A stretch of DNA of 64,000 nt from Blautia sp. (GTDB lineage: Bacteria; Bacillota; Clostridia; Lachnospirales; Lachnospiraceae). Below, piece after piece: positions 10,418 to 20,667 of the stretch. Under the pieces are notes generated by a model. The model was given only the letters and a program-made list of their open reading frames with translations. It did not search any database and was not told the DNA's origin. A program made the position numbers and the translations under genes. The stretch lies in the NCBI GenBank assembly GCA_022770365.1, contig JALEHU010000068.1, positions 413-64,412 of the forward strand, written 5' to 3'. Position 1 is the stretch's first letter; each line of letters opens with the position of its first letter.

Positions 10418-10435
10418 AACCAGGTTATGTAAAAG

Positions 10436-10861
10436 CTATTTCGTGTAAAGAGCGATGAAGTCCTCACCGGAATATCTTTCTGTGACTTCTCCGTTTTCGA
10501 GAATCAGTATCATCGGGACAGAATCTACCTGCAGACGATCAAGAATTTCATACATCTTTTCAGGGCGTGATTCGCGGTCGCGGCTGGTACTGTAGGAAAG
10601 GATGCCCAGATGATTGTCGCGGTTGATCTCCGTAAGGCGCGGATGGACTTTCTGGCAGTCGGGGCAGTCATCTCTTCCGATGTAAAGATACAGCGGTTTG
10701 GCGGTCTTGAGTTCGATACGCGCTTCCAGCTGTTCCAGTGTAAGCTCTGTCATTTTTGCATCCGCGTTTCGCTGAAGAAAGGCGCAGGCTGCAGGTGCGG
10801 GCACTGACAGAATTAATACGAGGCAGAGGGTAAGAATGTGATTTTTTGATATTTTTTTCAT
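10436..10861 (-). CDS. Secreted thioredoxin-family protein (bacteriocin transport accessory-like)
   Basis: YIGRDDCPDC active site, VDSVP cis-Pro loop, N-terminal signal/TM. Confidence 0.8.
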   Translation of the reverse strand: MKKISKNHILTLCLVLILSVPAPAACAFLQRNADAKMTELTLEQLEARIELKTAKPLYLYIGRDDCPDCQKVHPRLTEINRDNHLGILSYSTSRDRESRPEKMYEILDRLQVDSVPMILILENGEVTERYSGEDFIALYTK

Positions 10862-10964
10862 AGCGTCACCTCCTCTTGATTGGTTTTACCTTATCATAAA
10901 AAGAGGGGTTGTGCAAATGGAACTTTCGTGACATACTGTTGAATATGTTTGAGGGAGAAAAAAG

Positions 10965-11711
10965 ATGGAAAATTATATATTAGAAGCATGTGTGGATTCT
11001 GTGGAGTCTGCTCTTGCTGCTGCACAGGGCGGAGCTACAAGACTGGAGCTCTGCAGCAATCTCATTATAGGAGGAACCACACCCAGCCCGTGGCTTTTTA
11101 AGGAGATCAGAAAGCATACAGATATCAGGATACATGCGCTGATCCGCCCGAGATTCGGAGATTTCTGCTACACGGATCCGGAATTTGCAATCATCAAACA
11201 GGCAGTTGCGGATTTCAGAGAGCTGGGCGCAGAAGGCGTGGTGTTCGGCATTCTTAAGCCGGATGGAACTTTGAATATGGAGCAGATGAAAGAATTAATG
11301 GATGCGGCAGGGGATATGTCTGTGACTCTTCACAGAGCCTTTGATGTATGTGCGGACCCTTACAGGGCGCTGGACCAGGCGATTGAACTTGGTATTGACA
11401 CCATCCTGACCTCCGGACAGAAAAATGTCTGTATAGAGGGTGCAGAGCTTCTCAGAGAACTTGTGGAAAAGAGCGGAGACAGAATCACCATCCAGGTGGG
11501 AAGCGGCGTGAGCGCTGAGGTGATCCGCCAGATGTATCCTCTGACTCATGCGAGAGCATACCATATGTCCGGAAAGGTGACCCTGGATAGCGTGATGGAA
11601 TACAGGAGAGAGGGCGTAAATATGGGGCTTCCGGCGCTCAGCGAATTTGAGGTATGGCGCACAGACCCGGAGAAGATACGGGAAGCGATAAAGGTTCTGG
11701 AGGAATTATAA
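10965..11711 (+). CDS. cutC: CutC family TIM-barrel protein
   Basis: LEACVDS, GATRLELC..L..GGTTPS, IRPRFGDFCY, TLHRAFD, ILTSGQ. Confidence 0.92.
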   Translation: MENYILEACVDSVESALAAAQGGATRLELCSNLIIGGTTPSPWLFKEIRKHTDIRIHALIRPRFGDFCYTDPEFAIIKQAVADFRELGAEGVVFGILKPDGTLNMEQMKELMDAAGDMSVTLHRAFDVCADPYRALDQAIELGIDTILTSGQKNVCIEGAELLRELVEKSGDRITIQVGSGVSAEVIRQMYPLTHARAYHMSGKVTLDSVMEYRREGVNMGLPALSEFEVWRTDPEKIREAIKVLEEL

Positions 11712-14191
11712 TGGCAGTTTTTTTGGAAAAAAACAGAGAGAGAATAGAAAAAAGATATCAGGAGCTGGTGAAGGAATTACCGCATATTTTCAATAAAGTG
11801 AATGAAAAAATGGCAGACTGTGACGAAGATACAGCGCTTGCCTGCAAATATCTTTACAATACCATGCCTTACAGCGACTTCGGAAACTATACATTTGAGA
11901 TATTTCTGGATTTTGCGGAGCATGGTGTATGGCTGTGGAAAAACCGTGAAGCTGTCCGTGCGCTTCCCGAGACTATTTTTCTCAATTATGTTCTGGCACA
12001 CAGAGTCAATGAGGAGGAGGTTGCACCATGCAGAAGCCTTTTCTGTAAAAAAATCGGCAGCCGCATCGATGGCATGTCCTTAAAGGAGGCCGCTCTTGAA
12101 GTAAACTTCTGGTGTGCGGGGGAAGCAACCTATCATACAACTGATGAGAGAACACTTTCTGCCCTGACTGTGTACAGAAGAGGAAACGGCCGCTGCGGCG
12201 AAGAATCCGTATTCACGGTAAATGCACTTCGAAGCGTGGGAATTCCTGCACGTCAGGTGTATGCGCCAAGATGGTCTCACTGCGATGACAACCATGCATG
12301 GGTGGAAATCTGGTGTGACGGTACCTGGTATTTTCTGGGAGCCTGTGAGCCGGAGATGGTACTTGATAAGGGGTGGTTTACAAACGCTTCTTCCCGTGCC
12401 ATGATGATCCATTCCCGTTTCTTTGATGATGAGGGAGCGGAAGGGGATATCATCAGCAGAAACGGAATGGTTACAGAACTGAACGAACTGAGAAGATATG
12501 CGCTGGTAAAAGAGATCTCCGTAAATGTAAAAGATGAAAACGGCCGGCCTGTAAGCGGTGCGAAAGTATCCTTTGAAGTTCTGAACTATTCCGAATATGT
12601 GACTGTGGCAGAAAAAAACACGGACGAAAACGGAAATGTGACACTGACAACAGGACTTGGAAGCATTCACATCTTTGCGAGTTTTGAAAAAGACGGCCTG
12701 CTGACAGGAGAAGCGGTCCTGGATACAAGAACAGAGGACTTCTGCAGTGTTGTCCTGACAGCAATGAGTGCAGATCATACATGGAAAGCGGCAGATATGA
12801 TCGCGCCTCTTGACGCACCGGTAAACACAAATGCGCCGACACCGGAACAGAAGGAGATTGGAAATAAACGCTTTGCAAAAGCGAATGCAATGAGAGAAGA
12901 GAAGACCAGAAACTGGGTGAACCCGGAATGTGACGCATTCCTTCATAAGACAATCACAGATATGGAGGATTCTCTTGGATTCCCGTTCCGCGAGGCAATG
13001 CTTGATGTACTTACAGAAAAAGACCGGACAGACTGCGTAAGCGAAGTACTTGAGGAGCATCTGGATTACGCTATGCCATACTGGGATTCTGTAAGCAGAG
13101 AGACCTTCATTTCCTATATCATGAATCCGCGCGTGGACAATGAGATCCTCAGACCATACCGCAAAGCGATCCTTGACAGATTTTCCCGGGAGGAACAGGA
13201 TGTAATGAGGAAAAATCCTGTTGAAATCTGGAATACGGTGGATAAGCTGATCGTTTCCAGACCCGAGCATGAGCGTGCAAGTGTCATTACCACACCGGCA
13301 GGCTGTTTAAAGACAGGAATCGGAAGCTTCCTTTCCAAGAAAATTCTCTTCGTGGCGATAGCCAGAACCCTTGGAATTCCGGCGAGACTGAATCCAAGTG
13401 ACCGTTCCATGGAATATATAAACGATGAGGATGAGTTCGTTTCCGTTCTGGCAAAAACAGAGAAAAACAGCCGCCTGATCCTGAAAGAGACAGACGGTAC
13501 AGAGTGGAAATATTTCCTGAACTGGAGCATTGCAAGACTTGAGGACGGTAAATATACTTCTCTTCTTCTTGACGGCGTTGTCTTCGAAGACAGAGCTCTT
13601 GAACTGAAGCTGGAGGCAGGAAGCTACCGGATCATTACCTCCAACAGACTTCCAAACGGAAATATATTTGCAAACCAGTATGAATTTGAGATCGCAGCAG
13701 GAGAGACTGCGGAAATCGAACTGCTTCTCCGCCAGGCGAACCTTGACGATATGCTTGAAAATATTTCCATCAACGAATTTGCTCTTAAGAAAGAAGACGG
13801 AAGCCCTGTAAATGTTTCGGATCTGACCCGTGACGGTAAGCATATCCTTGCATTTCTTGAAGAAGAAAAAGAGCCTACGGAACACATCTTAAATGAGATG
13901 ATGGAACAGCAGGAAGCATTCCGGAAATATGCCTCCAGAATCATTTTTGTAGTCCGTTCCAAAGAAGCCCTTGCGACTCCTACGCTTGCAAAAGCACTTG
14001 GAATCCTTGGGGATGAGGTGCAGATTTACTATGATGATTTCTCAGAGATCATCAATACCCTGGGAAGAAGAATGTATGTGGACCCTGAAAAGCTTCCGCT
14101 TATCATTGTCACAAGCGGCGAGCTGAACGGGATCTATGCGACCAGCGGATATAACGTAGGTACCGGTGATATGCTTCTCAGACTGATGTAA
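11711..14191 (+). CDS. Large cytoplasmic transglutaminase-like domain protein (PNGase-like motifs)
   Basis: GRCGEES, RSVGIPARQV, DDNHAWVE, WYFLGACEP; degenerate second TGase-like segment (ARTLGIPARLN); ATG overlaps cutC stop. Confidence 0.85.
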   Translation: MAVFLEKNRERIEKRYQELVKELPHIFNKVNEKMADCDEDTALACKYLYNTMPYSDFGNYTFEIFLDFAEHGVWLWKNREAVRALPETIFLNYVLAHRVNEEEVAPCRSLFCKKIGSRIDGMSLKEAALEVNFWCAGEATYHTTDERTLSALTVYRRGNGRCGEESVFTVNALRSVGIPARQVYAPRWSHCDDNHAWVEIWCDGTWYFLGACEPEMVLDKGWFTNASSRAMMIHSRFFDDEGAEGDIISRNGMVTELNELRRYALVKEISVNVKDENGRPVSGAKVSFEVLNYSEYVTVAEKNTDENGNVTLTTGLGSIHIFASFEKDGLLTGEAVLDTRTEDFCSVVLTAMSADHTWKAADMIAPLDAPVNTNAPTPEQKEIGNKRFAKANAMREEKTRNWVNPECDAFLHKTITDMEDSLGFPFREAMLDVLTEKDRTDCVSEVLEEHLDYAMPYWDSVSRETFISYIMNPRVDNEILRPYRKAILDRFSREEQDVMRKNPVEIWNTVDKLIVSRPEHERASVITTPAGCLKTGIGSFLSKKILFVAIARTLGIPARLNPSDRSMEYINDEDEFVSVLAKTEKNSRLILKETDGTEWKYFLNWSIARLEDGKYTSLLLDGVVFEDRALELKLEAGSYRIITSNRLPNGNIFANQYEFEIAAGETAEIELLLRQANLDDMLENISINEFALKKEDGSPVNVSDLTRDGKHILAFLEEEKEPTEHILNEMMEQQEAFRKYASRIIFVVRSKEALATPTLAKALGILGDEVQIYYDDFSEIINTLGRRMYVDPEKLPLIIVTSGELNGIYATSGYNVGTGDMLLRLM

Positions 14192-14206
14192 ACAGGAGGA
14201 CGTAAG

Positions 14207-15466
14207 ATGAATATCAGTGAAATAAGCGGACAGCGTCAGTTTGACTTTGTTTCCGGATTTGACTACATCAGAGAAGCAGGAACTCCCGGTGAAGAAAAAG
14301 CAGCCCTTGCCATTTTGGAAGAGCTGACGAAGATTGGCGTGGAAAGTCATCTGGAGAAGTTTACCTTCGACACTTTTGAGATAAAAGAAGCCCGCCTGTT
14401 TGTTACCGAACCATACGAAAAGGAATACCGTGTAACCGGATATGGAAGATGCGGAAATACTTCGAAAGACGGAACTGAAGCAGAATTTCTGTATGTGGAA
14501 AATGGAGATGATATCAGTCTTTCCTATGCAAGAGATAAAATTGTGATGGTGAACAATCCTGTCAGGAAGGATATGTACCGGAAATTTGTGGAGGCAGGAG
14601 CAGTGGGGTTCGTAAGTATCACAGGAACTCCTGTTGATGAGGGGGAAGACCTGATCACAAGGACATACGCTCTTCCTGTAATGGAGGAAACCCCGATCCA
14701 GGGTGTGAACGTTCACTATAAAGATGCGGTGGAAATGGTTTCGAAAGGGGCATCTAAAGTAAAGATTATCGTGCAGCAGGATGCTGTGACACGTACTTCT
14801 GCCAATGTGGTGGCTCGTATGGAAGGAACCGATAAAGCAGACGAAATCCTGACGCTTACAGCGCATTTTGACTCTGTGCCGGAAGGACCGGGAGCTTATG
14901 ACAATATGGCGGGATGTGCCATCATCATGGAGCTTTGTCATTATTTCAAAAAGCATCCGTCCCGCAGAACTATGGAATTTGTATGGTTTGGCGCAGAAGA
15001 AAAAGGACTTGTGGGAAGCAGAAATTATGTAGAGACTCATAAAGAGGAATTGAATAAACATCAGTTCAACATGAATGTGGACCTTGCAGGCCAGCTTGTA
15101 GGCGGAACTGTGATCGGTGTCACCGGAGATACATCGATCTGCCATATGATCACTTATCTGGCAAATGAGATCGGTCTGGGAATGTCTGTGAGAAACAGTA
15201 TCTGGGGAAGTGATTCCAATACCTTCGCATGGAAGGGCATTCCGGCCATGACACTGAATCGTGATGGATTCGGAATGCACACCTGCCATGATGTGGCAGG
15301 GTATCTTTCCCCGTGGTCTCTTCAGCGAAGCGGAGCACTTCTGGGCCATATCGCAGAGAGTCTTGGAAATATCGCGACAATACCGTTTACAAAGGTGATA
15401 CCGGAAAACTTTATAAAAGAGTTAGACGACTACTTCCGTCCTTTTGGCGATGGCAGGAACTTTTAA
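14207..15466 (+). CDS. M28 family aminopeptidase with PA-like insert
   Basis: TAHFDSV, GAYDNMAG, FGAEEKGLVGS, NVDLAG, GSD, HTCHD. Confidence 0.88.
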   Translation: MNISEISGQRQFDFVSGFDYIREAGTPGEEKAALAILEELTKIGVESHLEKFTFDTFEIKEARLFVTEPYEKEYRVTGYGRCGNTSKDGTEAEFLYVENGDDISLSYARDKIVMVNNPVRKDMYRKFVEAGAVGFVSITGTPVDEGEDLITRTYALPVMEETPIQGVNVHYKDAVEMVSKGASKVKIIVQQDAVTRTSANVVARMEGTDKADEILTLTAHFDSVPEGPGAYDNMAGCAIIMELCHYFKKHPSRRTMEFVWFGAEEKGLVGSRNYVETHKEELNKHQFNMNVDLAGQLVGGTVIGVTGDTSICHMITYLANEIGLGMSVRNSIWGSDSNTFAWKGIPAMTLNRDGFGMHTCHDVAGYLSPWSLQRSGALLGHIAESLGNIATIPFTKVIPENFIKELDDYFRPFGDGRNF

Positions 15467-15475
15467 GATAAGTTT

Positions 15476-16375
15476 ATGGAACGAAATATAAAAGCTACAG
15501 TCCTTACGCAGGCGACGCTGGAACAGTTTCTGCGTAAGGAGATGGGACTTACAAAGAGGCAGATCAGCCGGGCGAAATACCGCGAAAAAGGAATCTGTGG
15601 CAACGGAATCCGCAGCAGAGTAACCGCAGTTCTGAAACCGGGAGATCAGGTGACGGTACTTCTTGAGGAAGAAGGATTGGAGTCTGCACAGCTTGTTCCA
15701 GGAAGCGGAGAGCTGCGGATATTATATGAAGACGAAGATATTCTGGCGGCTGATAAACCGCCGGGACTTGTGGTTCATCCTTCTCACGGGCATTATGAGG
15801 ATTCTCTGTCAAATATTGCAGCCGCCTATTTTCGAAAAAAAGGTATATCGGTGAGAATCCGTCCTGTCGGAAGACTGGACAAAGACACATCCGGAATTGT
15901 CTTATTTGCAAAAAATCAGGTGGCAGCCGCCAGATTGTCAGAGCAGAAAAAATCCGGAGAATTCCGCAAAGAGTATCTGGCACTGATACAGGGTATTCCG
16001 GATCCGTGTAAAGGTACTGTCAGTACCGCTCTTATGAAAGATCCGGAAAGTCTGATGAAAATGAAAACGGCTGAAAATGGTCTGCGCGCAGTGACACATT
16101 ATGAAGTACTGCAGGTTTATGAAGCATATTCCCTGGTACGTGTTTTTATAGAAACAGGGCGTACCCACCAGATCAGAGTTCACATGGCATCCATCGGCCA
16201 TCCTCTTTTGGGGGACATACTGTACGGAACAGACCGGCGCATGGAAAGAACTGCTCTTCATGCTGCCGGCTGCTGCTTCAGACAGCCATTTACAAAAAAG
16301 GAAATTCAACTGTACGCGGAACTTCCGGAAGATATGAAGACAATGACGGCATCAGAACGCACAGTTACTTCATAA
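15476..16375 (+). CDS. RluA/RluD family pseudouridine synthase
   Basis: DKPPGLVVHP, GRLDKDTSG, ETGRTHQIRVH, HPLLGD. Confidence 0.93.
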   Translation: MERNIKATVLTQATLEQFLRKEMGLTKRQISRAKYREKGICGNGIRSRVTAVLKPGDQVTVLLEEEGLESAQLVPGSGELRILYEDEDILAADKPPGLVVHPSHGHYEDSLSNIAAAYFRKKGISVRIRPVGRLDKDTSGIVLFAKNQVAAARLSEQKKSGEFRKEYLALIQGIPDPCKGTVSTALMKDPESLMKMKTAENGLRAVTHYEVLQVYEAYSLVRVFIETGRTHQIRVHMASIGHPLLGDILYGTDRRMERTALHAAGCCFRQPFTKKEIQLYAELPEDMKTMTASERTVTS

Positions 16376-17270
16376 CCTGTGCCATGTCGTCGATTTTTCG
16401 GGAACGGATGAATCCATATTCTGAAGCGGTTTTAAGGACTGCTTCCGGTGAATTGGTGTGGATGTGAATCTTGCAGAGGGTTTCGTTGGAAACACAGAGA
16501 TAATATTCACCGTAAGATTTTATATTCTGTTCAAATTCGGGCATATCTGTGCCGGGCAGCAGTTCCAGTACAAATTCGGTACAATAGCGATGGGGAAGTT
16601 CCTCTGAAATGGTTACTTCCTGACTGGGCAGCGTAATTGCAGGGTAAGCTTCTGCCGGCAGATCAGGAGCGAAACTCTTAAGGAACCCATCCAGGATCAG
16701 GCAGAATCCGTAAGCTCCGGAGTCGATTACCTGAAACCTGCGCAGAACCGGATTCTGGTAGGGAGTCAGAAGCAGGGCGGCATGAGCTTCATCTGCGATA
16801 CGCTTGAAAACGAGACCGGCGTTTTCGGTAAGATCCAGCATGGAAATTCCTGCTTTCGCACTCTGAGATGCGACAGTAAGAATCGTACCGGGCATGGGCG
16901 CGGGTACTGCAGCTTCCGCTGTTTGTGCGCCTTTCTGAAATGCAAGGGCAAGATCCCGTCCGGATATCCGGTCCCGGGCAGGAAGTGCGGCGGAAAAGCC
17001 TTCAAAAAATAAAGTAAGGATAGTACCGGAATTTCCGTGAGCATATTCCAGAAGCTGCATATAGGCTTCATCCAAAATCTCAGCAGGATTTCCCGACTTT
17101 GGAAGACTGCCGGCAGCGCGTTCTATGGAACGTGTCATATTGATACCGGTATCCCGGTCAGCTACAGGAAATACATTTAAATGGTTCAGCATATCTTTCT
17201 GGCTTTGGAGGTTTTCGGCAGCATATAAAAAACCGGTGCGCATTTGTTCTCCATTGATCCATATTGACAT
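16365..17270 (-). CDS. DAK2 domain protein (short fatty acid kinase FakA-like)
   Basis: LNHLNVFPVADRDTGINM, AHGNSGTIL, GTILTV, DSGAYG, RYCTEF, KIHIHTN..P; lacks the FakA C-terminal domain. Confidence 0.85.
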   Translation of the reverse strand: MSIWINGEQMRTGFLYAAENLQSQKDMLNHLNVFPVADRDTGINMTRSIERAAGSLPKSGNPAEILDEAYMQLLEYAHGNSGTILTLFFEGFSAALPARDRISGRDLALAFQKGAQTAEAAVPAPMPGTILTVASQSAKAGISMLDLTENAGLVFKRIADEAHAALLLTPYQNPVLRRFQVIDSGAYGFCLILDGFLKSFAPDLPAEAYPAITLPSQEVTISEELPHRYCTEFVLELLPGTDMPEFEQNIKSYGEYYLCVSNETLCKIHIHTNSPEAVLKTASEYGFIRSRKIDDMAQVMK

Positions 17271-17532
17271 AAAATCACTCCAATAAAAAATAATAAAAAT
17301 ATGATACAGAATGAAGGGTTGTCATTTATTATAACTGCTTTTCTGGGGTGTGACAAGTCAGTGTTCACCAGGCAGCATTATTTTCGCTGCCTTCACTGAT
17401 AAGGTGCATTATTTCCACATAATTCGGTTGCGTTATTCGGGAATTTGTATTAAAATAATAAAATAGTAATAAGAAATTGGATGAAATTACTTGATTATTA
17501 ATATATTTTCGAAATAAATGGAGGATTATCAG

Positions 17533-18393
17533 ATGGAATCCAGAAGAGTCCGTTTGATTACTCATACAGGCTGTGATATGCCGTTGCAGGAAGCGAAATC
17601 ACTGCATATCGGGATGGTTCCGGATAAAGTGATCTTTGGTGAGACTGAGTACCGGAATATGACAGAGATTACTGCGGAAGATTTTTATGAGAAAATGGAA
17701 GCTGCCAGAGAACTTCCTACCAGCTCCGGTCCTTCCGTCGGGGATTTTGTCAGGGCATTTCGAGAGGCTGCAGAGGATGCGGATGAAATCCTGTGTCTGA
17801 TGATCACTTCCAGGATGTCCGGTTGTTATTCAACAGCGGTGGCAGCCGCGGGAACAGTGAAGCGACAGGGCCTTAAAGTTCCGGTTTATGTGTATGATAC
17901 GCAGCAGTGCTCACACGGAATGGCACAGATGGTGCGTGCCGCAGCGAAGATGGCAGAGGAAGGAGACTCCGCTTTGCAGATCATGGAAAAACTTTCTGAT
18001 CTGCAGGGTAGAATGGGAGTCTATTTTGTGTTGGAATCTTTAAAAAATGCAAGAAAGGGCGGTCGTGTAGGAGCAATTAAGGCGATAGCAGCAGATGCTC
18101 TTGGAATTAAGCCGCTTCTTTTGTTTGCGGATGGCCTGGTAAGTGATTATGCAATAGCCAGAGGAATGGCGGACGGGATGGAACGCGTGGCATCCCGGTT
18201 CTTTTCGGAGGGAACCCAGGAAGAGACCGTAACGGTCTTTCATGCGGCCGCTCCGGAGCGCGCGGAAGAAATGAAGAAGATTATATTGAGAGAAGTGCCC
18301 GGAGCTGTGATTCGGATAGAATCGGTTGGTCCGGTTATTGGTATCTATACAGGAAGCGGCTGTGTCGGAATAGCGTTTACAAAGAAGGATTAG
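17533..18393 (+). CDS. DegV family fatty acid-binding protein (FakB-like)
   Basis: LPTSSGPS, ITSRMSGCYS, KGGRVG, LGIKPLL, GPVIGIYTG; GGAGGA RBS. Confidence 0.9.
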   Translation: MESRRVRLITHTGCDMPLQEAKSLHIGMVPDKVIFGETEYRNMTEITAEDFYEKMEAARELPTSSGPSVGDFVRAFREAAEDADEILCLMITSRMSGCYSTAVAAAGTVKRQGLKVPVYVYDTQQCSHGMAQMVRAAAKMAEEGDSALQIMEKLSDLQGRMGVYFVLESLKNARKGGRVGAIKAIAADALGIKPLLLFADGLVSDYAIARGMADGMERVASRFFSEGTQEETVTVFHAAAPERAEEMKKIILREVPGAVIRIESVGPVIGIYTGSGCVGIAFTKKD

Positions 18394-18395
18394 AT

Positions 18396-18941
18396 ATGTT
18401 GTGGATATTGGTTGGAACTGGTGCTTTCGGATTGTTATTCTTGTTTGAATATCAGAAATGCCGCAGTGTACACCGAGACAGTACCGGGAAAAATCCATGG
18501 TTTCTGGCGGGGACGCTGGTTTTGCTTCTGGCATGCGCTGCATTGGGCAGAAGAAGTGTACGTTCGCAGGGAATACAGCTTTTAGCAGGAGTATTGGTTT
18601 TGATCACGGGACTTGCTTTTTATGCAGTAGTTTTGTCAATTGTGTCTGAGCCTAAAGGATATACCCGGGACAGTAAGAAACTGCCGGTTTGCCGAAGCGG
18701 GATTTACGGACGGATGCGTCATCCGGGTGTGTGGAGTTTTCTGATGTGCGGGGTCGGGTATGGCATGATTTTTCCGGATGTACTGATTCCTGCGCTGTGG
18801 TTTGCTTTTTTGAATCTGGTATATACCTGGTTTCAGGACCGCTGTTTTTTTCCGGTGTATCTGGAGGGGTATGAGCAGTACCGTAAAGAAGTTCCATATT
18901 TATTTCCGCGAAAACCGGGAGCAGAATGCGATCAGGGGTGA
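18396..18941 (+). CDS. Isoprenylcysteine carboxyl methyltransferase / PEMT family membrane methyltransferase
   Basis: About 5 TM helices; GIYGRMRHP and GYEQYRKEVPYLFP motifs. Confidence 0.75.
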   Translation: MLWILVGTGAFGLLFLFEYQKCRSVHRDSTGKNPWFLAGTLVLLLACAALGRRSVRSQGIQLLAGVLVLITGLAFYAVVLSIVSEPKGYTRDSKKLPVCRSGIYGRMRHPGVWSFLMCGVGYGMIFPDVLIPALWFAFLNLVYTWFQDRCFFPVYLEGYEQYRKEVPYLFPRKPGAECDQG

Positions 18942-19026
18942 GATTCCGGATCTGATGGTGTTAATTAAAGAACTGCTGAGAGCTATAGAATCGTTAGAAC
19001 AATAAACAAAGGAAGGGGGGATTGCA

Positions 19027-20667
19027 ATGCGCTTTAAGGAAAAGCTGGAAAAGTATTCATCTAAAGAAATCTGGAATGAGTACTGTGGTTTTCTGGATTT
19101 ATCTATTGAGGAATATATGGATATTCAGTACCGTCTGCTGAAAGAACAGATCACACGCTTTTCCCGCTGCGGCCTCGGGCGGCAGATCATGCATGGCGAA
19201 GTCCCTTCTTCTGTTGAAGAGTTCCGCAGAAAAGTTCCTCTGACTACATATGAAGATTATGCGGAAATTCTTTTAAATAAAAAAACAGAGATGCTTCCGG
19301 GAGAACCTGTGGTATGGCTGGAGACTACCTGGGAGAGCGGAAACCGACCCCAGAAACTGGCACCTTATACGAGAGAAATGCTGGATGTATATACCAGTAA
19401 TATCCTTGCAGCCATGATTCTTTCCACAAGCGACGAGCGCGGCAAATTTAAAGTGCGTTCCGGTGACCGTGCGCTGTACGGACTTGCGCCTCTTCCTTAT
19501 GCAACAGGACTGTTTCCTATGCTGATCGCGCCGGAAATGGACATTCATTTCATGCCATCACTGAAAGAAGCCAAGGATCTGTCGTTTTCCCAGCAGAATA
19601 AGCGTGGATTTTCGCTGGCACTGAAGAACGGGATGGATCAGTTCTTCGGTATGAGCAGTGTGGTATATACCATTACGCAGAACTTTGAAAGATTTACCTC
19701 ATCCGGTTCTGCAAATCTGAAAAACCTTGTTGGAATCCGGCCGAATATGCTGTACCGGATTCTGAAAGCCAAATATATCAGCGTGAGAGATAAAAGACCT
19801 ATTTTGCCAAAGGATCTGTTCGATCTGAACGGATTTGTCTGCGTGGGAACGGATACAGCTCTTTTTAAAGAAGAACTGGAAGAGGCATGGGGCAAACGTC
19901 CGCTGGAGATCCACGGAGGTACGGAGCCTTCCTGCCTGGCTACGGAAACATGGTGCAGAAACGGTCTGGTATTTTTCCCTGATAATGCATTTTATGAGTT
20001 CATCCCCAAAGAAGAAATGCTGAAAAATGAAGCAGATCCTTTGTATGTTCCAAAAACATATCTGATGAATGAAGTCACGCCGAATCAGGAATATGAGCTG
20101 GTGCTGACGCTGTTTAAGGGCGGTGCGTTTATGCGGTACCGTCCCGGCGACATGTATCGGTGCCTGCGCACATCCAGTGAGCGGGACGGGGTGATGCTTC
20201 CTCAGTTTGAATATATTGACCGTGTTCCGTCTGTGATCGACATTGCCGGTTTCACCAGAATTACAGAAAACAGTATACGTACTGTCCTGGAAATGTCCAG
20301 ACTTCCGGTGGGTGACTGGTTTGCCCTGAAGGAATATGACGGTGACAAGCGCTCGTTTGTGCATTTTTATGTGGAAGTTTCGGCAGAGACACCTGAAGCG
20401 GGTTTCCTGAACGAACAGATCATCAGGGATCATTTCAGTATTTATTTCCGGCACTATGATCATGACTATAAGGATTTAAAACGCCTTCTGGGAGTGGAAC
20501 CGCTGGCTGTTACAATCCTGCCGCTGGGAACACTGAAACGGTTTGAAGAGTGCTACGGCTATTCCATAAGAAAAATTAATCCTTCCATGCAGGATGTGAT
20601 TGATCTGAAGCATCTGCTGGAAGATTCGGTTCAGACAGGAGGTAGTGTTTATGGATCTCCTGAATGA
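19027..20667 (+). CDS. Bacterial GH3 family acyl-adenylate/amido synthetase
   Basis: FRRKVPLTTYEDY, ETTWESG..QKLAPYT, HGGTEP, FYEFIP, YELVLT, RYRPGD motifs of the GH3 family. Confidence 0.85.
   Translation: MRFKEKLEKYSSKEIWNEYCGFLDLSIEEYMDIQYRLLKEQITRFSRCGLGRQIMHGEVPSSVEEFRRKVPLTTYEDYAEILLNKKTEMLPGEPVVWLETTWESGNRPQKLAPYTREMLDVYTSNILAAMILSTSDERGKFKVRSGDRALYGLAPLPYATGLFPMLIAPEMDIHFMPSLKEAKDLSFSQQNKRGFSLALKNGMDQFFGMSSVVYTITQNFERFTSSGSANLKNLVGIRPNMLYRILKAKYISVRDKRPILPKDLFDLNGFVCVGTDTALFKEELEEAWGKRPLEIHGGTEPSCLATETWCRNGLVFFPDNAFYEFIPKEEMLKNEADPLYVPKTYLMNEVTPNQEYELVLTLFKGGAFMRYRPGDMYRCLRTSSERDGVMLPQFEYIDRVPSVIDIAGFTRITENSIRTVLEMSRLPVGDWFALKEYDGDKRSFVHFYVEVSAETPEAGFLNEQIIRDHFSIYFRHYDHDYKDLKRLLGVEPLAVTILPLGTLKRFEECYGYSIRKINPSMQDVIDLKHLLEDSVQTGGSVYGSPE

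Noticed and set aside
12080-15349. 396-aa and 435-aa minus-strand ORFs
   Set aside because: Antisense to the well-supported transglutaminase-like and M28 peptidase genes; no recognisable features
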